Source: Antedon mediterranea
Lineage: Eukaryota; Animalia; Echinodermata
Length of the DNA stretch: 64,000 bases
Reading direction: 5' to 3'
NCBI RefSeq assembly: GCF_964355755.1
Contig: NC_092671.1
Location: forward strand, 34,544,304 to 34,608,303
The translations under genes and the position numbers were made by a program. How positions within the stretch are numbered: position 1 is the first letter of the stretch; every line of letters begins with the position of its first letter. The notes beneath the pieces were generated by a model. The model saw nothing but the letters and a program-made list of their open reading frames with translations, ran no database searches and was not told the DNA's origin. Positions 1 to 13,995 of the stretch are shown piece after piece.

Positions 1-3000
1 AGATCAAGCGATATTCCTAGGTCTACTGCACATTTATTAATTCCAAAATTGTATATCAACATGTCCATATTAGCAACCAATGTGTTTTAGACTTTTTTTA
101 ATATTTTATAATTCGTAGGCCTAGTTATTAAGTTGAAAGTTATTTGACTGATAGAATAAATACAGACACAACTGAAATAAAAGTGGGACGAACCACAATA
201 GACAAACAAAAAATGAAGCTTCGACCAATATCGACAGATTGAAGGAAAATGTGATAGAATATGAACGATGTTCATCTCAATCGAATTTTCATAAATGCGG
301 CAGATGATGTTGAAATACATAAATATAGAAATGGCATTGAAAAATGTAATTAAACGTCGCTAGGAGCAAGGAAACGTAGAAGGAAATGATAAGAAAGAGA
401 GGTAGAATCGTTCTAATCCAACGATTACTTTATTAACAATCCGAAGGTGATGTTCTATATTGTAAATGAATAGATAATCTTATACTGAAAAAAATATCAG
501 TAACCATCAGGACAGAACATAATTCTAACAAGATGTCGCCTCTCAGTGATTACAATGATTACCAGGTCCGGAACTAGAGGATAACAAATGCAATGTATTG
601 TTTCTAATGATGATAATGCTTTCCGGTGATGTCAAGGTTACATATAATTCTTAAATTTTAACAACATAATAATATTGACATTTAAACGTATAAACGTGAT
701 GGTTTCCTTGCGTGGAAGTGTAAATTTAGGACCATTATAATTTATATGAATCGATTGCATAATGGTAGTAATTTCCAATGTATTTATATACTGCTATATA
801 GTTACACATGTGTGTCATACAATACTACGCATAGTATAACATCTCCTTCCCCTATTAAGAGGACACTCCACTACAGGGGACACCCCTATTAAGGCCGGTA
901 CTATCTCGTGAAACGAACGAGAGAAACTACTTCCCACCCAAAAAAAAAAAGGTGTGATATGCCCAAATATGATAATGATATTACATCATCATGTCCATTA
1001 TGGGCACATCATATTTGTTGTCACATAAAGTGTAGTGTAGACACGGCTTAAGAGGTACTCGCTGTTTCGGTTGATGCACGAAAGAGAAATAAACCTTTTG
1101 TTATATTATTTTATTATAATTCAAATTTTATTATCTTACTTTTTATTTATCTAAATTGTTTATAATATCTAAATTTGAAATCTTTAAAATGTTGTATTGC
1201 TTATTAACCTTAAAATTTATATAAAAAGCTCATAACCAGCGGCGCTTCACATACTGTCATAATATTGGTTAAACTTAACATTCTTTAAATGTTTTCAAAT
1301 GTTTAAAATAACTTGGTAGATTGTTACAGATTCGTGCAGTAACGGAATACGAGCGATCAGCAAATGTATTTCTTTTTTAATAGTCATATATGTTGTACTT
1401 ATATTGTTTACATTGATTTAGCTTTGTTAACTCATCATATTATGTACCATCACGTCCGCTCGCGATCGAAAGTCTGAGTGAAAAAGTCATAAAAAACTTC
1501 AATATGCAAATTAGCAAACTTTCTTGCAATCTGATTCGTCAACATGCAATCCAAGCAACAACCCGATATGTGCTTATTATATTTCAACTGATAATTGTTT
1601 AATTCGTGTGGCCGTCTCCAGGCACGAATTCAAATTACATAATCTCAGTTTAGAAAAACAGTAATTTACTTGATTTTTATATAAAGCTTTATGGATACGA
1701 TGACAAGGTTGTAGCATAGAGTTCATATTCATTCACAAGTTCCGCATCTGCTATTCTGCAAATGAAAATTGATGTTGAATCGGTTGACATGTTAATTCCG
1801 CGAGACACTGTTCCTATTTTAATGTCGTCCTGAAGGTGTTTGGTGGTCGAACCAAAATTACGGAACTTTGCAACAGATTAAAAAAAATGAAGACTCATTT
1901 TACATCGAATGATTGACATGCATTTGTGGGAATAAACGAATATATGTTTGAGTTTAGGTATGTGACAAAAATTAAGTTGCAAGGACATGACGAGTTTTGT
2001 TTATTTTTAGCTCCAATTTGTATAAAACATTAAAAATATCACGTTGCCGACAAATCTGAATCATAATACAGCGGTATCTTTCTAACAAAACTCATGTTAT
2101 TGTTAGTTTAGGAACATACAAATTAACTTGTAAGCCTTACACGTGTCTGCTTATCAATCTAAATGTATCATACACCCTATGAATAAACAGAGAGAAGTAG
2201 GGGGTCTATGAAATTGATAATACAAACACAAACACATTAGTCTAGGCTCTAGACTGAATTTCAACTTAATATTGGTAAAAAGATGAATATGTTGGCACAC
2301 ATGGCATTTCATAAGTATAATGATTGATCTCTTCAAAAAGTCAACTGGACAATAAATACAGACTTGGGGAAAGTGTAACAAAAACAAATCTTGAATAATT
2401 TTGAATATTTCTATAAAAATACTAACAAGATTATTTTAAATTTTCACGTACCAAAATCAATATTTTTAACTTTTTTAATAAATTGTTAGATCTAACAAAT
2501 TAAAAATATTGATATCAATTTACCACGGTGACTTTACTGCGACGGGAAATAGTGCCGGATACTATTATTGTTACTGAATATAACATCTTGGTTTTCAGAA
2601 TTATAAAACATTTGTTTTAATTAAAACGCAACAGGCAAATACGAATCACCTAATATTGACAATGATAATTGTTTGAACAGTTAATATAATACCTTCAAAA
2701 TGTGAAGTGTGCCACTGTTACAAAAGTGATGTTCCGCAATAAATTATATATATTATATATATTATATAAGCTCTCTCATAGGCTAATTCTTTTTGGTTGT
2801 TTTACTTTATTTTTTTGATTTAGCTTCTGTTTAATTTATTTCTACCTCCATCGAAATACCGCCACCGTCATTTAGGATTTATAGCCTAATACATAATTAA
2901 AATGCTGTGATAAAGAATTTTCGTTCAGACGGTTTCAAATTTTAAAAATGAAATATTCTCTATAAATTTGATTTAAAAATTCATATAAAAAGTGAAACAA

Positions 3001-3654
3001 GTACACAATCTGTACCTGAATTTGAACTAGTTGAGACCTATATAAAATTCAGAGGGTATAATTTAAAGTCAAATTTATTATCAGATATTAATTTAAGATG
3101 AGGCTTATCTCATCAGCGCATAGCACATTTCATGGTTATCAGTCAAAAATCTACGTCAATGATAATTTTAAAAAAATAGTTTTCATAATCATTTCCTCTT
3201 CTGAACTCATAACATTTTACATGACGCTGCGAGAAAATCACACTTTATAGTTTCGAAAGTCCAGGACTATCGATCTGCCAATCTGTGAACATGGCACTGA
3301 AGAAAGATCATGGACGTCTAGACCACCATCATTTAATAAAACATTACTTTTTTTAGTGGATTAAAATGTTCAAAAGGCTTATTGTTTAATTCAACAGGTT
3401 TATCAAAATGTATGTCCCGTAAAAATGATAATCTAAAAATCCTTTTTGTTTAGTAGTCATATCATAAAAATGAACATAGCAATAAAATAACTTCTTTAAC
3501 GTATCGACAGATTCTATTTTGAATGTTTATATATAGTCCTATTAATATACATAAGTCATAATCTTTAGCGGACAATACATTCAAAAAGTAAACTTTGTAT
3601 AAATAATAATTTGAATTTTTTTGTGCTATTACAACGGATAAATTCAATGGTTTC

Positions 3655-3862
3655 AAAGGTCCGAGTGGCAAAAGGCCTGGTGGCAAAGGTCAGAGTGGCA
3701 TGGGACGGGTGGCAAAATGCCTGGTGGCAAAATGCCTGGTGGCAAAGCTCCGAGTGGCACGAGACGGGTGGCAAAAGGCATGGTCGCAAAGGTCCAAGTG
3801 GCACGGGACGGGTGGCAAAAAGCCCGGTGGCAAAGGTCCAAGTGGCAAGTTTGGGTGGAAAC
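3655..3862. repeat. GTGGCA-core minisatellite, 14-15-bp units in a ~44-bp higher-order pattern
   Basis: Cores at 3665, 3680, 3695, 3709, 3724, 3739, 3754, 3768, 3783, 3798, 3812, 3827, 3842, 3855. Confidence 0.9.
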
Positions 3863-4951
3863 GTGGTTTATTTAGAAGTGATTAGGTCTACACGAATACA
3901 ATTTTTAAAAAGAAATAAAAGTAGACCTACCACTACTTTTCATAGTACAATATGTTATAAATTATGTTTGACAAAATATGTAGGCCTATGTAATTTTTTT
4001 ATTTAACTTTTATTTAAAAAAAAGGATTTATGTTAAATATATAGCCCTATAGGCCTATAAAAATATAAATGATAACGAATATTTTGTGTAATTCCTGATT
4101 TTATCCCAAAAGAAAATTTTCAGAAATTAATAACTAGTACAACGGAATTAATATTAATTTTACAGGAATTCTGCGTGTTTAATTATGGTGTCTCTCGAAT
4201 ATTAGTTTATTAATATCATTACATAGACTTAATTCAATCCGTTAATTGAATATCGTTTGTTTTAAATGTATTATTTCATACATACATAGTTTACTTCATC
4301 GTGTTTATATATTACAAACTTGTGATGAGGAAAAAGTTTAATTTTCTTTTTTTTTTTTTAATAAAAAAAATTGGCATAGGTTTATCAAGAAAATAAGAGA
4401 AACAATCAAATAACGCATATTCATAACTTATAATAGTTTTATTATAACTTATACATATTTTCTTTTAACTGTCTGTAAGGGCTATACTGTTTGACTATAA
4501 TAAATATTGGTATACCTAAAGCTAACTTCATGTAGGCCTATGAGTGATTTTAAACGTCGTGTATCATACATTTTTCCTGTTAACCAAATCAAAATCATCA
4601 TTTGCTTACGAATCATTATTAAATAAATTAACGCAACTAATTTAATAAGTTAGTTTTATTCGTTGCTTTAGTAAGAATTAGTTTATTAACACAAATATTA
4701 ACACGTTTAATTAAAACAATAAAACAATCAACTGTCTATTATTCTCTTATAATTACCATGGTATTTCTAAAAAGAATGCGTATTATCCAGAAACTATTAT
4801 TAAAGATTCCATCGTGTTATATAAAATATAAATATTTTATATTTGTGCATTTGTTTTATTAAGTTTATTTAGTATCATATTTTTGTTTAATGTCGAATGT
4901 GATAGGCCTACAAAACAAACGTATAATGTATTATATTTTTAGAAAAAAAAG

Positions 4952-5035
4952 GTCTTTTCAATAATTAAAAACGATTTATTCGATAATTATTTTTAAATAA
5001 TTATCGAATAAAACGTTTTTAATTATTGAAAAGAC
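4952..5035. repeat. Near-perfect AT-rich palindrome
   Basis: 41-bp arms, one mismatch, 2-nt spacer. Confidence 0.9.
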
Positions 5036-6594
5036 TTTTTAAAATCGTTGTGTGTCCTTAATTTAATGAACATTTCAATATAAAATGGCTCTTTTATTAA
5101 GTTGGACTGGAAAACACTAAGCCTAAGTTTCACAATGAATTAACCGTTGTTGCTTTATATTTCGCCTTTATATTTCAATAACACTACGAAGAAAGTCTAC
5201 TTTCAGGACAATTTGACAATTTAGAGTCGAGAAACTATTATTAGTTGGCCGTACTAATAGCATTACGTTCTTCAACAAAGTAATCTATAATGTAAATATT
5301 GTTTTCTAATTGTAAGTTGCTGGAGGAAAAATTGCTCTACAAATAAAAGTCATTTTTAGCTTTTGAGCTATACTTTTGTGTTGTTACTGTAAATTTGTCT
5401 AGTATAGATGTACATTTTAACTAAAAATTATTTTTGTCTTTTAGATAACACAGCCTATCACAGTGCTGATTTTTAAAATGTATCACGGGTTAAGATATTG
5501 TATATTGTATACAAAACATTAAAAGGTACAAAGACAATAAGAAAAATACAAAGTAAAACAGAACATTAACAATTGAAAAGGTCCAAAAAAAGGAAAAAGT
5601 GGAGAAAGAATCATTTTTAAAATTTTTGTTTTTTTTTTCAAAGATAATTCATTGATTACAAAATAAGTCACCAAACCATAAAATAAACTTTTTTTTAATA
5701 CATATTTTTAATAAATTATTATTCACGATACGAATTTACTCGTATACATTTAAAATCAATTAAAGGAACCGCATTAAATGTGCCTGTACTATTGTGTCTA
5801 AAACTAAGTTTAAGTGCGGATTTCTAATTGTATTTGTTAAGTACAGCACAGTCCTTATTTCGTTATAACAATAATAAGTAAGTGGTCATTTCTTCAGGAA
5901 AAACACACCGTCACGAAGACCAATGTTAAGAATTTTGTTTATAATACATGTGTTCGAATGTCAAGGTAATCTAATGCACTGGTCGCGGCCCTTTTTAAGA
6001 AACGCTCACAATAACGGTCTTAGGCCGACACATGCTCCGTGTTGGTACTAAGGCCTACTTGATCCTATGCCTAAGCGAATTAATTCCCACACAGACGCCG
6101 CCGACAATAAAAGTATTTTCTCAAGTAAAGTAAAACGAAGAGTTAATAAAGTAGTAAACACACAATTACCAATTAAATCTAATAATTTACAGTTTTTCGG
6201 GACTAAGTGTCACAACAAAGATATTTTCCAGATGACTTGACGCGGTAGTTATGCTTCGTGGGTTAATAATTCATAACCAAACTAATTTATAAAAACAAAT
6301 ATTACTAAAATACAATAAGAGGCTTGCCTACCCAAAACATTAATCGAATCGGTTTAACTTTGATACGTTTATGGGTTACGCAATTACATGGGAAATAGCA
6401 CAAAATGGTGTGGCGTGTTTTCTTTGATATCGTCTTGAAATTCACCGATGAATTACTATAGGCTATCCATCCAAATTAGGTCTAAGTATCCTATCATTAT
6501 TATTAATTGATCAAAATAATTTTTTTCTTAAATACTTATTATAGGCCTACCATATCACTAATCGTTTAGAAAAAAAACAAGAAGTTTAACTCAC

Positions 6595-6615
6595 CTCACA
6601 AACAGAACTCCTCAT
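6595..6615 (-). CDS. Candidate first coding exon of an unidentified minus-strand gene (MRSSVCE|intron)
   Basis: AAAAAA-ATG context followed by a strong GAG/GTGAGT donor (GT at 6594-6593), at the end of a locally GC-richer ~400-bp block; no downstream exon recognised in 1-6592. Confidence 0.3.
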
Positions 6616-7154
6616 TTTTTTGAAAACGTTCTTGAAAGTCCAGGAAGAGGGAAGTGATAAATGAGTTTTCTCTCGTCTGCTGGAGAGGAGAGTTGGCTGC
6701 AGTCTTTGGCGCTTATTTTCGTCAATCCGAATCTGTGGCCTAGGATATCACAAAGTCGAGTTTCTATGCGTAGAGACACGGACAAGTGACCACTTCAAAA
6801 GACATTAGACATTGAATGGATATATTTTCTACGAGGAGTTTGTAACTATGGACTCCGCCTTTGCTCGCCTACTATTACTTTGAGGAGACCGCTGTTCGGC
6901 TGATCTTTCAATCGAACCCAACCCCTCGGCAAGGTTCTTTTCCATACGTGACCGCTAGAATGCTACATTCGAAGACTGGTTAATCCACAGCTTCCTTGTG
7001 ATTGGATGCGTGGTAGAAGAATTCTAAATCCCTATACACAATTGACTTTTTAAAGCAATGAAACGAATAACAGACAAAAGCGTATACGTAATGTAAATGT
7101 TTCTTTAAACGCGATGTTGCTCGTTCTAAATTTGGTTTCCATAACTCTTCGTAT

Positions 7155-7270
7155 TCATATATAAACACCTTTAACTTTCAACTTCAATTTTAATTTAAAG
7201 CGGTTGATGGCAATATTTATTCAGCATTGGTTCGAAGTGACGTCATTGTACGACGAGCAGCTTTATAAAT
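7155..7270 (-). promoter_or_regulatory. Candidate promoter: CRE, CCAAT, TATA-like
   Basis: TGACGTCA 7238-7245, CCAAT on minus strand 7226-7230, TATA-like runs near 7158-7165 and 7261-7268, upstream of the candidate exon. Confidence 0.25.
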
Positions 7271-10200
7271 AACGTATTTTTAAAGACCACACATCAATTA
7301 TAAATCAAGTTCTCATTGTTTTTCACTTAGCCGAAGTATGATGATCATGTTTGCTCAAATGCTCTTTTTGAGTGATGTCTATGTCTAATCACAACAACTC
7401 TTAGGCCTACTATATCTACACTTCAACTATTAGGCCTAGTAGAAGACAGATTATAAAAATATAAATAGCGTTTATACTGGTAGGCCTATGAGTATTCAAT
7501 GAAATATGTTCGCTTAGGCCTATACATTATAAATGTATCTTTCAAAAATGTCTGACGCCTATCCAAATTTCATAACATTTTGGAGAAAAAAAAGCACACC
7601 TATATTTGTGCTGTTAGCATTATTTTAAACAAACACATTTAACAAATGGTCTGTCGTCCCCTCCTCAGAGATCAGACTGGTTACGAAATTTGGATTAAAA
7701 AAATGAGGTAATCATAAAATTTACACGTATAATGCTCAAAAAGCGCTAAGTCACCAATTACATAAAAAAAAACTTCCATAAGCTAAAGGTGCGTAATAAT
7801 AAAATGTACACTTGTCATGCGCAATAAAAATCTGCTTACTAAATGTGCATTTATCATAAAACGTTGTCACCCAAAATGTGCATAACATAAAAGTGAGTAA
7901 ACTGAAAAAGTACATTTTATCACGCAAAATAACACCAGTATCAAAAATTCGCATAATCTGAAAGATACGTTAATTATAAGCGTGCACATGCGCAATAAGC
8001 ACATATTACCAGCAAGAGTGTTTGAAAAAAAAAATGGCCATCGTTCTAGGCTTCAATAGTGCCCGGGTACGAAGGAGGATGGTACAGAGAAACACGTTTA
8101 ATTGCCGGTCGCCCACCACCTGACATTTCCTTTATAAATACGAGAGTGTTAATATTAGCAAATAACACATTTAATTGTCACTGACAAAGACAGTGAAATA
8201 CGGTTTGATCTGCTAAAATTAATGTTTTCTTATTTTACTCTAGTTTAATGCGATATTTGCGTGTCATCACAGGAATGAGGATTTATTGAAATAAACCACG
8301 AAGAAGCATTACGTAAAACATACGTGACGTGGTGCGTACAATTTCGTGATGTTATTTATGTTAATGAATAAATTAATTACAACATTAAAAACTAAAATTT
8401 TGTTGTTTGGTTAAAAGATAAATTAAATTTCTATGAATATCGCTGCGATCTGACGTATAATTTAAAACAAACAATTTATATTTCCTACTGAAACTATTGT
8501 TGAATATGCAATTTTAATGTCACATAATTATTCACTTTTACCAAACAAATATTTATCAGAAAACATTTTTAATTAAAAAAAAAAAAGGTCCAATTGGGTT
8601 TTGGTTGAATTGAACCGTTTATTTGTCTTTTTATAAGTATAAACATGATTTTTTTTCTTTTTGTTTTACGGAAGTGATTAACTTTATTAAAACTGCAAAA
8701 TAGCCTATTCAAAGTATTTTTTAAATTACATTTAATTTTTCATGTTTTTTGGGGATGCATTTTTAAACATTGATTTTTGTTTTAAATTGCGTCTTATTAG
8801 AATAAAGTTTCTTGAGAATAAATATTACATGATGATATTAGTATTTTCAAAATACTCAAACGAACGAAATACATTATCGGTGCAGCAGTACTATCTTATT
8901 GGAATCAATATTTTGATATTATCATGGAGACTCATAGTTTGAAACAACTATTTGTCCCCTTCAAAACTGTTTGGGCCATTTTTTTTTTTTTTTGGAATAT
9001 CAAATTGTCTTGTATTTTGATTATAACTGTTTATTTTTTTTTAATCTGGTCGCCATGACTTAAAGTTTGTCTCCAAACTTATTTTGAACCACTTTGGCAC
9101 ACTTTTTTTTAAATATTTTTTTTTTCAGTGTCAATGTGTGCAATAAAAACAAACATTGTTTTTTTTACGGAAGTGAATAACTTATTAAAACTCTGCAAAA
9201 TGGCCTAAATATTCAAAATGTTTTAGATAAATAAAAATAAATCTTTAATCAAAACTAATTTTAATTAGGAATAAAGATGAACAATCGACGATAGGTCATA
9301 GTAGTATTATTGTGACTATAAGGATATAGAAGAGAATACCTCTGATTAATTTGTAACCACCTCGTTTAACATGGTCAGGAGTAATTTGTAATGATTACGT
9401 TAGCGCCATGAAAGTCTGCAAATCGCGTCTCCTTGGACACTTTAGCTAAAAATCCATTATAAATATTTTCGTTTCTAATAATTTGATAATTAAAAAATAA
9501 TAAATGTTAACACCTCGGATCTGCCGTAAAAATGGAACACCTTTCGTTATTAATCTATGTAGCTTGTTTTACATATTTGCTAAGTTGTATAGTAATTACT
9601 ATCTTCTATATTATTTATATTTATTTTATTTTATTCCTTACGAAGCCTTTGGAATCAGATTTCGGAATAAGATTTTAGAATCAGGGTGTCGGCCCAAAGA
9701 AAGAAGGGATCTTCGTTAGTTTTTCACCTTTCAAAAAAGAGATTAGGAGGCCCCCACCAAATGCTCAAATCACTATGAAACTTGTGAATAAATAGCTAGC
9801 TTGTCTTGACAAATAAGTGAAACAGTGTGGTGATGTGAGATTCCTTTTTCGAACTTTTTTTTCTGTTGTCTTGGTCAATTTATTCGTTTTCTTAGGCTAT
9901 TTCGTGGTTTATTTTACATCAACATTTTCATTTTCACACTTGTGCTAAACAGCGCATAGAGACTATTTGTATTTTGCGCTATATAAATTTAAAACCATTA
10001 TACCATTAAACCCCATCATCACTATATTGGAATTAGAATTGTTTACGATTTTCGTAAAATACAAAATTCTGCAACTGTCACGAAATATATTCTAAATGAC
10101 TATCGCAAGTCATCTGGAAACGAGTCTAGGTGTATTAAATAATTTTAATATACATGTAATCGGTTCGTGACATCTGCAGAATCGGGTGAAATATCCAATA

Positions 10201-11091
10201 TATTAAAACTCTCAAAAAATCCCACTTATCCCAGAACAGAAAGTTTAATATAAATTAAATGTAAAATTCTTTTTTGATAATTTTTTTTTTAAGTCTAGGT
10301 GCGCCTATTCATAATAATTTTGACTTACCATAGACTGTTGTTCTTGAAATTGACCATTATCAGTACATTCTCTGTAATAAAGTAAGTAAATAATATAATT
10401 ATATACGCTATTATTTACAAAGCGTATTAAGCTGTCTTATTTATTATTTCATATTAATATTATATTATATCGTTTACTTCACAAACATATGAGCAATAAA
10501 ACAAATGCATGCGTAAATCAATGAGACGGGAATAGGCCTACCTACATATGTTATATAAAATAAATAAGATATAGGCCTATGCCAACTGAAATTAAATATT
10601 AAATATTCCTCAATAATTGCTTTAAAGCTAAAATTAATAAATAAAAATACAAGAATAAAGAAATTTCAAATTGAAAACATTTTTATCTGGTTTTGATTTA
10701 GTAACTATAGATGATTTATAACAACAAATCTTTATCAAAAGAAGTTATACATTTAGAAAAACACTTTTTTAATAATTGAGAAGTTCTTGTTTAAATAAAT
10801 GTGAAAATCACTCACTTCAGCAAAACAAGTGAACGATTGTAAGTGATAATCTTGCCTCTATTTTTATAACGACTCTAGGAACATTCAATCCACTATGAAA
10901 TCCCGATAATACCTTTCAACACAGCGAAGGAAACATTTAGTGATAGTGGCTTTTCATTTTAATTAGTCTGATCAAAATCTGTTTGACTGATTACTGTGCA
11001 TATCCAACGTTTGTTTAATTAATTCTTGAAAAAAGTAATAATGTGTAATGATTGAGATTAAGAGTTTATCTGTACTGTGTTAAGTGTTACT

Positions 11092-11300
11092 AAAATGGTT
11101 GTTGATTGCTGCCGAATCGTCTTATTATATGACGTAAAATTTAGCATATTGAAAAACAATGTTTACAAATGGTTGATGAATGCTGCCGAATCGTCTTATT
11201 ATAATTGAGGTAAAATTTAGCAAAATTAAAAACAAAATGTTTACAAAGCGCAAATGGTTGATGAATGCTGCCGAATGGTCTTATTATATGACGTAAAAGT
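11092..11300. repeat. Three imperfect ~75-85-bp tandem copies
   Basis: AAATGGTTGATGAATGCTGCCGAATCGTCTTATTAT-like units near 11093, 11167, 11252. Confidence 0.75.
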
Positions 11301-12756
11301 AGAGCACAATAAGAGGAAATGTTTTCAAAGTGCAAAAAGGTTTGTGGTTGCATGTTGTAAAGTTCTGGAAAAAGAAAATCTATTCTATTTTATCATCAGA
11401 ATTGTCTTCAATCTTTGAACATTGACTGATATTTTTAACATGTTTTATGCAGTGCATGTGTTTTTATAATTTTTTCTATTTCTAGATATCAGAATTTTCT
11501 TTTTAAAAATCTGAACATTGATTGATGTTTTTATTTTAACGAAATAATGTTTTTTACATGCTGATTTTCTCGATGTCATCATATCAGGTGATAGATCATT
11601 ATGTATTTTCTTGCAAGGAAAGCAAAGTATCCCCTTGAGAAAACGGAGACCCTTTTTATCTTACTTTTCTTATAGTTTAAACCAATTTAAAATTAAATCA
11701 TGCGTGATCAGTAAAATCAGTTCATTGACTTTCATTTCAATCATTCTGATTATATACCGATTATTATCTAGAACCATAGAGTACTAGGCCTAATTCCTCT
11801 CTTCTAGAACTAAGGACATCGCTTTAAGAAAGTTGATATGGTGGCATTGCGTTATCCTTATGCAAGTGTTCTTATCTGGTGACGCTCTCATCTTTAGCAT
11901 CTCCCTACTTCTATTCGGCTGTAGTTTTTTCACCGACAACCGTACAGTCACGTGCATATATTTAATAAATGACATGTAATCCATTATGATCGGCACCTTT
12001 CATGGTAAGAGATAACATCCAAGTTTATACTTCAGTCTTTGCCTGTATACTTAGCATAGATACTTAAGTGTATCTTTTGGTTATCCTACATGTCAAACTA
12101 CTCGACACCGTGCGCCTTCATCAGTCAAATTTACATAAACTGAAAATCAGCTTAACAAAGTCGTAATGCTAAGTGAGTTCTGACCAGGAATGTGTGCTTC
12201 AGGCCTGTTACATACAAATCCTCTCATAGGAAGACGAATCGGATATTTTAACAGATTTTTGTCTTTCAAGATCCCAGATTATTTCTAAAATGTACTTTGA
12301 ATATTAAGGACCGTATTAGAAACTGTAAAAAAACGTTTAAATGTTGCAAAGTTATTACTAATACAGATATTAAAGAATAGATTATGAACTACGACCAAAT
12401 AAAACGGAATACAATTTGTAGAGATACAATATCATATACTATTTTGTTTTAAAAAGAAACATTTTGATTTTATTTGGTTGATGATTTTATCTTACGAGAC
12501 CAAAGTTTGTTTTGTCAATATTATATTGCAATTTTCTTGTTTTTGTATTGATTTTATTGTTTTTCATTCCCTTCTCTCCATTTCGAAGGTCTTTTTAAAT
12601 AAGTTGAAAATGGACAAAAAAATTGAATAATAGTTCAATATTGTGTGTTAGCATAATCAAAAGAAACCTAAATCTAAATTTAGGTGTTTCTAATTTTTTT
12701 TTTCGGAAACTGTTTTGTCAATGTTTGCACTGAATTTTCTTTTGTTTTTTACATTG

Positions 12757-12981
12757 ATTTTATTGGGGGTTTTTCACTTTCTCTTCATATTTGGAGGCTT
12801 TTTGAATAAACTTATAAATTTACTAAAATTTCTTAATACTCCAAATATTGCTTCTTCTTAATACTCTAAATATTGCTCTTCTTATTTTATTGGGGGTTTT
12901 TCACTTTATCTCCATATTTGGAGGCTTTTTGAATAAACTTGAATTGACTAAAGTGTCTTCTTAATACTCCAAATATTGCTT
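12757..12981. repeat. ~126-bp tandem duplication
   Basis: ATTTTATTGGGGGTTTTTCACTTT..CATATTTGGAGGCTTTTTGAATAAACTT occurs twice. Confidence 0.75.
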
Positions 12982-13687
12982 ACACATTGTGGCTGTGTAC
13001 CCAACAGGATACGGTTTAACAACAATTATTATTTTCAACGTTTTTGCACATCGGCCTCTTAAATTGTTTGATCAGTGATTGCTAGATTCTCATTTCCTTC
13101 CAACGTTTATTGATTTAAATTAAACTTCTTTTTCGGTGGAAAATTCCCCCTCAATTTTAGTCATCGGGGAGTACCTACCGCCGCCACTGGTACCAAACCC
13201 CCTGTGTACTATTTCTACATTTTAAATTCAAAGAAATTAATTTAATATGTTCAATTTAATTTCCGGTAAATAATATTCAAGTAGAGTTCAAACTTGTGAT
13301 ATCTTCAAAGATAATCTTTGTTTTCCCCATTTCAAGAGATCTACTTTTATGGTTATTAACCCAGAGACCCGTGTTACTGACACACTAACTTGTTTTTACC
13401 GTGTTGTCTTTCCGTAGGCACTCAGTCTAATTAAATATTGAAAGAACTATTTATATCTTATAATATAAGTTGATATCTGTTTTTATTAATTACCATCTCA
13501 TTTTTCATAATATACGGTTAATAATTATTATTATCAATTTATTTTCTAATTAAAAATTATTTAATATTATTTGTATACTGTGTTATTTAAATGTTTATCC
13601 AGAAAAGAGTGTAATATCATTTCACTCTTCCCTGGTTTATCTTATTTTTCTTTGTCATACTATTCATAATTATTTAAATTTAATTAT

Positions 13688-13995
13688 AGATATATTGTCC
13701 CCTTGAAAACCCCCATTTTTTCAAATGTTTTCGTTGAATGCCATTTTGATGTTCCTTAATAACAGTCATTCACTTTGACCAAAAATTGAATCAAAAACAA
13801 AATTATTTACTTGAAAAACAGTAATTTAAAGCAAAAATAGTTAAATTGGCTTACAGTCAATGGGTTTTAAATTGATTTTAAACGTCTGTTTTGTTTGTTT
13901 GTTGTTTTTTTTCTGCGGAAGTGATTAACTTTATAAAAACAGAAAAATGACCTATTTAAAATCTTTTTTCATGTTTTTGGGAAACAATAAAATCT
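13688..13995. mobile_element. Degenerate TIR element (AGATRTATTGTCCCC ends, Kolobok-like)
   Basis: Related segments at ~8660-8765, ~8950-9220, ~18920-19020 and inverted at 42696-42965; shared CGGAAGTGATTAACTTTAT core in several copies. Confidence 0.5.

Noticed and set aside
3462-4006. Five overlapping ORFs (61-131 aa) with repetitive peptides
   Set aside because: They arise from the stop-poor 15-bp GTGGCA minisatellite on both strands; no domain or splice support.
11790-12180. GC-richer block with donor-like G/GTAAGA (12005) and A/GTGAGT (12173) on the plus strand
   Set aside because: No matching acceptor, ORF or partner exons; a lncRNA exon cannot be supported from sequence alone.
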